Below are positions 28,203 to 40,672 of a stretch of 64,000 nucleotides of DNA, one piece after another (the stretch's first letter is position 1; the number at the start of each line of letters is the position of its first letter). The DNA lies in contig CT868296.1 of the NCBI GenBank assembly GCA_000165425.1, positions 372,001 through 436,000 on the forward strand, read 5' to 3'. The translations under genes were made by a program, and so were the position numbers. The notes beneath the pieces are model-generated. The model made no database searches. It was not told where the DNA came from and saw only the letters and a list, made by a program, of their open reading frames with translations. The DNA comes from Paramecium tetraurelia. Lineage: Eukaryota.

Positions 28203-28599
28203 TTATTCTCTTTTTCTTATTGAATTGATTTTTATAGAGTTAATAGATATAGAAATATGTCTTATTTTATTCTTTTCAACCTTCATTTTTATTGATTATT
28301 ATATACCATTTATTATTAATAAAAAAATTAAATCATATTTGAAAAGATTATGTTTTGTTATTTCCCTTAAATGTATTTTCTATTTTTCGATGAGTGTTTC
28401 AATAATCATCAAGGTGAGCATAAAATATTGATTATCTATATTAAGAAAAATAAATATGAGATGTTTCTAAATATAGGTATAATTTAGAGAATTTTAAGCT
28501 TATAAAAAAAGTACTTCTTGAATAATTCAGCGAAGTGTTTTTTATATAATTTCAAAAATATGAGTGTCTCCTCTTGGGGAATAAATACAAAATAAGTTA

Positions 28600-28918
28600 T
28601 CAAATCATCTTTTAAGTGTCATTAACACATTCTCCTCCGATTTTAGTTATTATTTGATGGACCGATTTTTGATTTTCCCTCAGTTTAAACTTACAACTTT
28701 TGGTTGACAATATTTATCTCTTCTCTAGAATAACTCTTTTTCTATAAGCAATAACAATTGTCTTGGCCACTGCATATTTAATCTCAAGGTTATTTGAAGC
28801 CTTAAATTAACCATTACATTACTTCCTTGATTTTCTAGCCTTACTTAAAAACTAAGAAGATCAAAGCTTCTCTTTAACTCTTCTGAACTATCTTATAATC
28901 TCTTTTTTAGGCTGGCAT
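28600..28918 (-). CDS. Small helix-turn-helix (psq/homeodomain-like) protein
   Basis: MPAQKRDYKIVQKSQREALIFLVFKQGQKIKEASNNLEIKYAVAKTIVIAYRKR; one 22-nt intron. Confidence 0.75.
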
Positions 28919-29343
28919 TAAATTTAGATATAAATTTTAATAATAAGCATTCATTAATCTTAGATTTTCATCCTTAAGAAAAATACCATATTATTAATTA
29001 AAATCATCATAATTATATCGTATTATCGTATTTAAGTCCTCAGAACACATGATTTGAAATTATATAAATACTATAAAGTTTTCGTCGTTATTGATAGTAA
29101 AATTTAGAAATATTTTATCATTATATTAACATTGATTAATAATATGGATAATTAAAAATGCCAGTGCAAAAATCATTTCACATAATTGGTCACTAATCAA
29201 GTCTAGAATCTTATTAGTGAGTTTTATCATGGTTGCATTTACCTGAATTTAAGTGACTAATATGAAATTTTTATATGAACTAAATTATTTAAGAATGGAT
29301 GATTTATAGCTTATAAAATTGATATTTTAGAAAAAAAGAAATT

Positions 29344-30942
29344 TCAGTATGCAACAACATCAACAATTTAAACTCTATTTGAATTCGATTCAATAACTTT
29401 AACTACTTATTCAACTGGCTAATTATGATACGTATTATTACTTTTCGACAAATTAAACATTCTTATTTTTCTGCAAACCATTCAGTTGCACACTTTATGC
29501 ATAAACCACCATGACCACAGGGCATATAAACAGCGCAACTTTCATTTTAATAACAATTAAAACAATTCTAATCATTCTCAGCTTTCAACTCTGTTAAGGA
29601 ATTCTGATTACTTTGCTTAGGCTACTCTACATCTGTCTTATTTCTCTTTGCTTGTTTAACGTCTGATAATGAGGACATCTATTTTTAAGACTCATAATTT
29701 TATCCAATCAAATAAGGTTGAAAGTATGTTTATGATAGTTTTATCTTATATTACTAACTTTAATACTAAGAATTATGGCAATTTTATGTTAATCTTATTT
29801 TTATCTCTTGTAAAAATGCTTATCCTCTTTGAACTAGGAGAACTAAACTAATTGCCTTCATTTTATTCCTCATCCATTATTTTATTTTTAAAGTTCATCA
29901 AGAATTAACTAGTATTAAATATGATTTATACTTCAAGGTACTTCTAAAATAGCAAGTATATCCTGCAATAACTAGACTATACACAATGCATATTGTAATT
30001 GGTATCGAATTAAAGGGATTTCTTTTTGTGCTCAACTTTATAGAACAACTAACGATAGTAAATGTTAATAATCCAGAAATAGAGAGAATTAATAAATTTA
30101 TCCACAAAGTACTTATGACTATTTGAATATTCAATTGATCTACCTTCTTAATTTAAAGCTTATTTGCTCAGTAAATTTTTTTCTTGTATAGAATGCATTA
30201 GTTTCACAATTAAATCAGTTAAGAAGATGAATTGAAGAACAATTGAAAGAATGAGAAATACCCAAAAGATAGAAAATATGTATATCCAATCCCATTTAAG
30301 CCAATTAATTTGACGAAAATTTATCAACATTAATTGGGTTGTCAAAAGTAATTTACAAAATACATTAAACTACAATATTGCTATTAATTTACAAGGGAAA
30401 TGACATTTGTCTCGTTTTTGTTTTGCTTGTGAGCATGTAATAGAAACACCATCCATGACAAAGTAAAGACAAAATACATTATCATGGGGTATTGAATAGG
30501 GAAAGTGGAGTGATCGATGAAGTACAAAAAGCAACCCTAAGGTAATTTGAACAATTACATAATAGGATATGGATAAGATTCCCCAAAACAATTCAAGACA
30601 ACAATTATGATCGTTCAAGATTTGACTTATTTATATAAACTGTGATACTTGTAATTATTAATCGCCAGTCTTACTACCTAAAGAAAATGTAAAATTGTAA
30701 CATAAGCTAGTGACATCTTATAACTTAGATCAAACACTATGTAAGAATTAAATAGTATTAACAATATTAAATAAATAGTCACCAATATTTTTATCTAGAG
30801 CCTAAATATGCAAAAATACTTCTGTGAATATTGAAGCAGTTATTTTATTCTCATTAATTTATCGTTCCTAGTGTTAAGGCAACTCTTCAAAATCAAAATT
30901 ACTCTCCCTTGGTGATTAAGGTTAAGATTATAATTAATTCAT
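29344..30942 (-). CDS. Multi-pass membrane protein with C-terminal C3HC4 RING (putative E3 ligase)
   Basis: Many hydrophobic segments (e.g. LKWDWIYIFSIFWVFLIL); C-terminal CFNC...MPCGHGGLCIKCATEW...ECLICR. Confidence 0.88.
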
Positions 30943-31243
30943 TTATTCTATAAAAATTATCAACTTGTTATGCAAGCTTAAATTAAATATAAATAAAAAG
31001 TAAGAACTTAATAAGCATTGATTTTAGCCATCTTTTATCATTTGGATCAAAAAAGTCAGGCTTGTCAAACTACAATTTCTGAGACTCAATTATTATTAAC
31101 AAAGTTCATTTCACATTGAGATTAGCTTGCATCTTGTATGTAAACATTCTTATTTATGTATACACATATTTAATATTAGTTTAGTTTAGAGAATTAATTT
31201 GAGTGAGAAATAAAATTTATAAACTTAGATAAATAAGTAAATA

Positions 31244-31946
31244 ATGGCAGAGCCAAGACCGTACTATATTCCTTCTTGTATTGAATATTATCTAGTTAGC
31301 AACTTCATCCAAGTCTAATACTAAACGATAGAATAATACTCAATAGCAATCTAATTATGAAGCACTGCTTTCTCATTTTAGCCAAACTAAGAGCAATTCT
31401 AATAAAATTACAAAAGCTTAGACATCGATTATTTAATATGACAAATATTATGTTCAACAATTGCAATAATAAATAACAGATTTAAAAGAGCAAGTGAATT
31501 TTTTGGCTTTAGAAAATCAGAGATTGAAGTAGAGCCAAGACAAATCATTAAAAGTATTAAAATGCTAAGCTTTTAGAGGATAAAAGAGCAATATCATCAA
31601 CTAACTAAATTTAGCAATATCGTATAATTAGTTTAGCAATTGAAAATAGAAAATCTAGCTCTCAAATAAAATGTTTAATCTCTTAAGTTAGATTTTAATA
31701 TTCAAATGCATCCGTTAAGGCAATTGTATAATCACATCCTTCAAATACCAAAGTAATAAATCAATGACATTATGTAATTGAGGTTAGAATAGCAAGAAAG
31801 TATTCATATATTAAATTAAAGCTTTAATATCTCAACAGAAATGCAAGGTTGAGGTTCTCAATTTAGAACGCACTCAACTTTTAGAATTATGTTCGAAACA
31901 AGAAGGAGAATTTATTTCATATTTGGAAAACAAAATTCACACATGA
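31244..31946 (+). CDS. Hypothetical coiled-coil protein
   Basis: MAEPRPYYIPS...QLQQQITDLKEQVNFLALENQRLK; three introns of 22-23 nt give a continuous frame to TGA 31944-31946. Confidence 0.7.
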
Positions 31947-32013
31947 GCTATGCACTGTTATTGTGATATTTTTATATCCTTTATCTTATCATTTAATATT
32001 TAATATATAAGAA

Positions 32014-33043
32014 ATGAATTCGGGTGATATTTTCGGAATATGTTTTGCTTGCTTATTCGTGTTACTTTACGTGGCCATTTTGGTTTACCTTCATTGCTTT
32101 GGAAAGATTTACAGACTAACTTTTCCAAGTCCTACTCCAATGTATACTGAAAAATTTTTTGGAGAAAAGCTTAAATATGCGAATGTGTACAATTCATAGG
32201 GTATTTTAATAACTGAGCTCAATTGTAGTTAATTTAAAGAGTGACTAGTTGTTAAACTCCTATGATTTGCAGAGGTTGAGAGCCATACCTTATGTCTACT
32301 TAAAGAACAAATATTCAGAAACAAGTAATTATTTACTTTATTTTCATGGAAACGCTGAGGACATGTAAGCAACATATTTTTTTATGAATAGGTAGGCTGC
32401 ATCTCAGTTTATGGAGTAATTGATGAAAACGATCAATGCAAATATCTTTGTTGTTGAATATCCAGGATATGGAGTTTATGGAATGTAAAAGAATATGAAT
32501 AGCAATATGATTGAAGAGGATGCACTGATATTGTATGATCATATAAAAAAGACTCATAAATTGCTGGATAATCAAATTTATGTTTTTGGAAGGTATAAAG
32601 TAATGATGAAATTTAGATCAATAGGAACTGGCCCTGCATTTTATGTAGCCAGTGTCAGGAATACCAAGGGTTTGATAGTGATGTCGAGCTACAAGTCCTT
32701 TAAAGCAATAGTATAAGATTTTTGTTGTGGATTTGGCATCGTCATTGCTTTTTTATTCTGTCTACCAGATTTCTTCAACAATCAGGAGAGATCCTAACAA
32801 GTCAAATGCCCAATAGTTTTCATTCATGGATAACTTGACAAGTTGATTAAGCCAAGCCATTCAAATTCGTTGTACATTAAGTAAAAAATCTAAAAACTTT
32901 AGTTTAGTTTGCCCATAATCATACAAAACAAATCTCAACTATTTATAAGGGAGAGAATGAGCCATAATGATTTTGATATTGATACTGATATAGCTATTCC
33001 AATCTTAGACATATTTTCAGAACTTAGATATCCAAAATTTTGA
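32014..33043 (+). CDS. Alpha/beta hydrolase, ABHD17/ABHD13-like
   Basis: N-terminal TM, YFHGNAED, VEYPGYG, GRSIGTG (split by an intron), IHGQLDKLI, MSHND. Confidence 0.9.
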
Positions 33044-33109
33044 TTTCCATTTTAATTTGGTTCTAAAATTTGATATCTTAATTATAATAATGACATTTAA
33101 TTTTATAAT

Positions 33110-34877
33110 TCAAATTGATTAATCTACATCTAATTATTATGAGTATTCTTCCTCTTCGTGATCCTCTTGTTCTTCTTCAATTTCACCATATTACGAATTC
33201 GATGGTTAATCATATTCATAACCGACATTAATTATCTACGATTATGTGATTTATTCCTGAATCCATATTTTGACAGTTTTATCATCACTTGCAGTCAACA
33301 ATTACCCTGTTTAACTATGCCAATCAACATAATTGATAGCTTGATCGTGTCCATCAATGACATTTTATTGCAATTGATTGTTTTTATTGAAGAAGTGTAC
33401 TTTACCATCTTGACTCCCGACACAAACATAATTATCATTCTTACTTCCAAAGCAACACTTCATTTCTATTCCTTTTACTTAAAATCCAAAGAATACATGT
33501 AACTTTTAAAAGGTTTTCAGACTCCACAGATGCAATTTTGACTTTTCCTTTGAGACATTCAAAACTATGAATTGTTAATTTTGACTGACTGCTGATGAAA
33601 CAATCAATTCTTATTCCTCCAAATGAGTTATTATTTTATTAAATTTAGAATCATTCTCAATAACAGTAATTGAAAATATTGCTGCATTGTGAAGCAACAT
33701 GTATTAATCAGTCATTAAAATATTCTTCACTACTTTACTTTTTACTTAATTCACCAATTTTCCATTGTCTTACCATATTCCTATCCATCCATCTACACCA
33801 CCACTAAATAGTTGACTCATTATTATAGATTTAAATACTTTTTAAAATAGGCTAAACACAGCACTTCATTAGTATATTAATTCATTGTTACTTTTAATTA
33901 AGCAGTCTACACATCATATCCATTGATTTTTTTATCATTTGATGCTGAAAACAACCTAATCATTTAAATTTATTCAGTTTTACAATTTATCATCTGATGA
34001 AAAAACAAGTGAATTTATATCCATATTATGTGCCTTGCTTATTTTACATTGCTATTCCTTTGAAATTATATAAATCGAATTTTTTCTGGTTGCACAACCA
34101 ATCCACAGACCTGAATTAGAGAACCTACCAATCCATACTTCATCATCAAATCCCTAATAGGTAATCGAATTATTCTTAGGTATTTAATAAGATTAGCAAT
34201 TATGATCAAGCAACAATGAGTAATTCTTATTCTCATTCGAATCATCATGATAAGGACATCGCTTCATCTAATATTCAAATGATTGATCAATCACTTTATC
34301 AAACTGTGTTTTTAATGAAAATTCTCCAAAATTCAATAGGTTTATTGTTTTCTAATATAGTTATAATCTTTATTCCCTTTAATCTATGGGTATCGCTAAT
34401 TAAGTTTACAATTAAGAGGCATCATCCTTAAGAAATATCATTCTAATCAAATCAAAAGCATTTATACTTAGCTAAAACTTGTGACTCCTGCTCATTACAC
34501 TCTGACAATTATCTTAGCAAATTGACTGCTTATTCATAATTCCTTTATTGAACTAACTCTAAGTATAATTATTTTTATATTTCATATTATAATTTCTATT
34601 TTAAATAATAGAATACTCTATTGATGGTGTCTGAAAATTCCAATTATTACAAAAGCTTCTCGTAGTCTCCATTTAAAAAGGATTCTTTCAACTCGCTCAT
34701 TTAAGAGGTGTCTAGTTTCGTTTAAGATTCCTCTTCAAGTGTGTTGCAGACATCGTCGTATCCCATTTAATTCAATTCTTATAGAATCATTCTGATTATT
34801 TCTTTCAATCTATCAGGAGACCCATCGATATTTATAGATTAAACTTCTTATAAAGCCAAATTATCAAATACTTGCAT
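33110..34877 (-). CDS. LisH-CTLH-WD40 protein, WDR26/Gid7-like
   Basis: LisH-like IIRMILQELNQMGYDDVCNTLEEES, CTLH-like ELKESFLNGDY, then WD40 repeats with an acidic tail. Confidence 0.78.
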
Positions 34878-35279
34878 TTAATAATTGATAAATTTATATT
34901 ATAATTCAATTATCATTAATCTAAAAATGAAAATAAAAGAATGATTTTTACAGCTCCCTTTGTTTAATCGTTAAGTATATCTAAATTAATAGACAACTAT
35001 TAGATACTTATACTTATATTCGAATATCTTTATTTATTCAGTCTACACTTTAATTTTTATAGGGTAGAGTTTTATGTATTCAATTATTGGTTTTTGAATT
35101 TTCCTTAATTTTTCTCATCAACTAAATTTTTCATTTATATAATCTATCCAAATATATTTAAAATAATAGGATAATTCAATTTATTTGTAAACCATTCTAA
35201 TTATGTGTTTAGCTAACAAATGTATTATGAATAATGTTTGTTTATTTAATAATTTAATAATTATTTAAATTACATCTTT

Positions 35280-38200
35280 ATGCTATCTAATTATTTCACG
35301 ATATCGAACCAAACTTACTCAAGTTTTACATTATGGTAATCTATAATGACAATGATTTCAATGTATCAATGTATTGACATAATTATGACTATTGTGAATG
35401 CTTTGAACTATGAAATTCAGGGAGAGAAATTAATATTCATTTATAGAATAATTGTAAGCCATTTAACATCTACAGCTTTTAGATTTAAGTCTTTCTAATA
35501 ATAGCATTTCATATTGTGATGAGCAAATTGGAAAAGGAGAAAACGAGTTAGATTAACATTCTTACCTTTCTGAAATTTGTCCTAATGATGTTGTTATGGA
35601 CTGAAACAGATTACGATTTTGTATAAGGCAATGAAATGGATTAGAGAAGCTATAGTTTTGAGGTTTATGGGATGATGATCTTTTTCGTTATTGCTATAGA
35701 ATCCTAGTTTGTTAAAACTATTGCAATCTTATTTTCATTATTATACACATTATTAAGGTAATTTAAATAAAAATAGATAGATAACCAAAATTCAAAAACC
35801 CCACTGAAATTATAGGTTCAACTAAAATCATCCTAGGTCACATATTCATTTAGCTATTTTATTTCTATCACTTGTATTCGATGCCAAAAACAAAGATGGA
35901 ATAAAAATCACTAAATGAATCGCCATTATTATCGCAGAGAGTAGGTCTAACAGTCACCTAAAGAGAAAACACAGATACTTAAAACAAAAAAATTAATTTT
36001 CAGGAAGTAGTTGCATAGGAATTAGATAACGAGAAGGCAATATCAAATTAGGAAGAGGTATTTGAAATGTTGCTCACTGGATTTTAATGTGGTATCTACA
36101 TACTTGAAACTGCAAAACAACCAGTTCGTATAATCAATTCTTTTATGTCTCATATTGTTTTAACTGATGAACAACTTAATAGTGATCTTATGCAATTGGA
36201 ACTGTATGATTTTGGAATGATGCAAGAGAACCATAATTATACAATTTTACCTTGTTTCCATAGAAGCAAAGACATCAGTCATTTCGTCGCATTCACATCA
36301 ACATTAGAGTATGCTTATATTCATATTATTGGACCTAGAATATTTGTTTTGAAAATATACCAAGTATAGAGAAGAAAGAAGTTCAATTATTTTATCGAAA
36401 GATGCAGATGAAAACATTGATTGAACACTTGTTGGCTTTTTCTCACATCAAATTTGCTTTAATCAAATAAACCTTAGATTTCTCGTTGAAAATTTATTTG
36501 AAGAAAGGTAAATTGATTTGTGTATTTTAGATAAATTATACACGCAAGTCATTCTCAATCCAATTGTCCTTGCCAATAAACCACAAATTGCCATCTATAT
36601 TTAGGATCTGACAGAAGAACCATTTATTTTATAATTACAACAATACATAAGAAATGGTGATGAATTAATCCAAACTATTTCTCAGAAAATAAAAGAACCT
36701 CTGAATTGCACTCTATCTATGTTAGAATTAGTCCAAGTATGATATCATAATTCTAAAAAAAGAAAGAAGTCAATCAAGAGTTGTAAACTAAATATATTGA
36801 TCCTGCTCTGGCTGGATGTAAATTATTAATTAGCACTGCTAGTGACATCTAAGATTATGTTACTTTGCATAAAAATAACAAGTTAGAGAAAAGTCTAATG
36901 GACATTCACACCAAGGAATTTATTTCAGATTGTTTGAACATCATTAAATCATAAGCTTTGTTTAGAGGCTTGAGCATACAAGTCAACATTAAACAAAATG
37001 TTCCCATCTTCCTAAAAACGGATCCCAATCGTCTAAGATAAATAATACTCAATTTGTTAGGTAATATTTTATTTAACTGACAGTTAAGTCAATTTAATTA
37101 ACCATTAACGGCTTCATTGAAATAGGATGTCAAAAGTCGCCTTTGTTGGCAGACCACATTGAAATCCTCATTAAAGTTATGGCCTAAAATGTAAATGAAA
37201 GCATCCTAGAATCTATTGAATTAACCCTCAAGTATCTAAAATAATAGACTTTACTTAATCCTCAAGTAATTGATTTGGTTGCAACATCCAAATAATTTTG
37301 TTTTTCCATCATAACAGCATTTTATATCTCCTTAGCCATAGCAATTATGCCATTTGAATTTAATTTGGTTAAGACAGAAGGATGGTACTCAATTTTATTT
37401 TGTGCTCCTAATTAAAAATGAGAACCCTAATTTCAGTCAACAATTAAGTTAAAAACGATAATCTGCTTTAATAGCAAATAAACAGTAATTCCAATAGGTC
37501 TTTGGTCAAAATAACTTATATCGAAGACACTAATCACAAAGACTTACAGAAATCAGTAGATTACAGATCCAAAAAAAATTAGAGAAAATCAAAAGAGAAT
37601 CATAAATCGAGACGACTATAGATATGCGAGAATCCATTTTGCCATAATTTGGCTAATCTGATGCTTCAGATTAGTAATAGCCTAAAAAATCATACTCGGT
37701 TTCACAAATTTCAGAATAAGATGACTCTAAAAGTTCTTCTCCTGATTCAAAAAATGAATTTAATGATCATGAACAATTCGAGGTGGAAATCTTTTCGAGT
37801 AAATCAAGTCTTTATCTTAATGATAAAATTGAGAACATAGAGAAGTAATAATAGCCATAGCAATTTTTTGATACTATTTTATAATTGAAAGAACCTAAAG
37901 CCAGGAAGATCTCAGTTAGTATGATCTAGACTAGGTTGAATCAATAAATATAATAATAATAACTGTCATCGAGTTAGAGGGATTCTCTTTTAACTTTTGG
38001 AGGAAGATCTTCAGTTTATTCATCTATGAGGGTTTCTTCTATTAATTTGGGTCCGAATGAATTGTTAGATTGCTTTGAAAAAATGGAGAGAGTCAAAAAT
38101 CAATAATTTATTTATAAATGTTAGGTAAATTTAGATGATTTATATTAAAGTGTCCAAAGATATTGATTTGTGAACAGAATGACTTTGATTTATACGCAAT

Positions 38201-38549
38201 CTCTCATTAATTGAGTAATTTGAAGATACCTTACGTTTACACCATGTAAAGAGTCCACATAGTTGAATTATTGAGGAAGTAATTCTCCTAGTTCAAGACT
38301 TGTTGTAAAGGCTATCACGTAGTATTTATTGGAGTGGAATACGTTAATGAGTAATTAGCTGCTGATTGCACTAAAATCAAGGCAGTTCTGTAAGAGTTCC
38401 AGAAGGATACAATAATCATAGGATTGATAGGGTTCTAAGGGGAAGATTTTAGAGCCACTATAAAAAAGCTGCCATTCCATGACTGCTTGTCTAAGCCAAT
38501 CATGATTGATGCTTTACTATTTATTATAGCCAAATGGGTAAGATTGTGA
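35280..38549 (+). CDS. Degenerate hybrid sensor histidine kinase (TM region, HisKA-like, HATPase-like, receiver-like)
   Basis: TM-rich N-terminus; TISQKIKEPLNCTLSMLE; TDPNRLRQIILNLL; receiver CPKILICEQNDFDL...YHVVFIGVE...CLSKPI. Confidence 0.85.
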
Positions 38550-38691
38550 AGACTTATCTATTTTCATTATTGATAACTAATTATTCTGCAATATTTCAGG
38601 GTCTGAAATATATAATTTTATTCTTGTTTTCAAAAGGATAAAAGAGTTAATTTGTAATTTATATTAAACATATATTTATAAATACAAAATT

Positions 38692-40552
38692 ATGAAGGCT
38701 GCAATTGAGAAAGTTAAAGGCAATTTATCATCTCATAGAATGACCATAAAAGATATAGTTTAAGAAGTTCTCAAGAAATCTGATGCAGACTTCTAGGATG
38801 ATGAAGATCTCAAAGTAAGTTATGGATGTATTTAACCTCATAGAACATTGTGGCATTGCTGTAGAAAGATCCAAATTAAAGATCCCAATTGGATGTGGAT
38901 AAAATTAGATTGTCATTTTTTAGATTCAAGTTTTTCTCAGAATTGGAATAGTCAATGGGAGCTGAAATGGTTTAAGGATTATATAAATAATTGGGTTACG
39001 AATTATAGAAGAAAAGACAGACAATATTTAACATAGGCGACATTGGAAAGAAGTTTTATATAATTCTGAAGGGCAGTGTTTGGGTTCTGGTGTAGAAAAA
39101 GGGATTGCAAGAAGGATCTGGTCCTACAGAGGAGGATTAATAATAAGAAGAACAATTAAAGAACGAAAAAAATAAGGAAATGATGGAGAACATGAAAAAG
39201 AGCACAAGAAAAAAGTCTAAGAAATCAAAACATTAGGCATTCGTCACGCAAGTAACATTAGATGACATCTTTGCCACAATGACAGATTAAGAATATCTAG
39301 ATACTCAATTTCCAACATTAACAAAAGTAGGAATAATTAATGCGGGGGAAAGCTTTGGAGAAATTGCATTGACTAAACAAGTGCCAAGAACAGCCACTAT
39401 TGTTGCAGCAGAAGATACACATTTTGCTACAGTTACTAGGGATTAATTTAATAAATTGTTGTCTGTTTTTTATGAAACACAGCAAAAATAGAATATTGGA
39501 TTTTTAAGTAAAGTTGCCATATTTTCTGATTGGAATGAATAGATGCTAAATCAATTGTATTACCATTTCAAATTGGAGGAGAGAAAGTTATTCTAAGTGA
39601 TTTACAAGGAAGAAGAAGAAGCAAAGTATCTATTATTATAATCATTAGTACTATATATTTACTTAAATAAGGAGAAATAGAATTGTCACGCTCTGTCGAT
39701 ATTACTTAATAGTAACTTACTCCTAATCTTACACTGTAAAAATTCTTTACTAAAACTGAAAGAAAATTCGAAAGGGTTCGTACTTCTGTGATAACTGCAG
39801 GTTAGATCTTTGGACATGAAGAAGTAAGATTTATTGTTAGTCTTTAGGTTTTGGCTGGAACTAAAAGACAATATAGAGCCATGAGTATAAGCTAGAAAGT
39901 CGTTTATTTTGTATTAGATAAATAGAGATTCTTATAGTATTTTTAGAGGGGATAAGCAATTCAGAAACTCTAAAAATTTGATGCCAAGAAGCTAAATTAA
40001 AGAACATAATCTTTGGATATCATTAAAGAGCTTAAAAAAATACCTTTATTCACTGAACATAGAGATGTCCCATTCATAGACACAGCATAAACTAAGACTA
40101 GAATTAAGAACTCAGTCGAAAGAATAGGAAATCCAGTTGAACATACAGGATATGAAATGTTGCAAGGACATGGCCATATAAACAAAGCACATTATAATTT
40201 CAGAAGGAATATTGACATTATCAAATAGAATGTTTAGAACAGCGAACCATTATCATTAGATAAAGCTCTATTTCACATTGAGGCTAGCAAAGGTTCTTAG
40301 ATAAGCATCATCAATAAAGTAACAATTAATCATAATTAGGTCTTTCCTGCAGCTGCAAGACCTAAATATTCAATACCAGAATGCTCTATATCATCTTAAA
40401 CGATTATTAAATCTCTGAAGCTACCAAGGATCTTAACTGAGGTCGATTCAGTCATGCTTAATAGAACAAATAAGGAGTACTTGAATAGTTTCAAAGCTTC
40501 CTCTATCTACTCAATAGGGTTACCCGATGAATCATAAAAAACAATAAATTGA
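38692..40552 (+). CDS. Tandem cyclic-nucleotide-binding-domain protein
   Basis: GDIGKKFYIILKGSV, GESFGEIALTKQVPRTATIVA, and a second CNB domain (...GRSLDMKK region in alternate exon frames, ARSRLFCIR). Confidence 0.85.
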
Positions 40553-40672
40553 TACTTGTTTCTTTATTTAATAGAGCTTATTTAGTAACATATATATTGA
40601 TATTTTAAATGATAGATTATTGTAACATTAATCAATTCTTTATACTTAATTTGATTTTTAAATTATTATATA

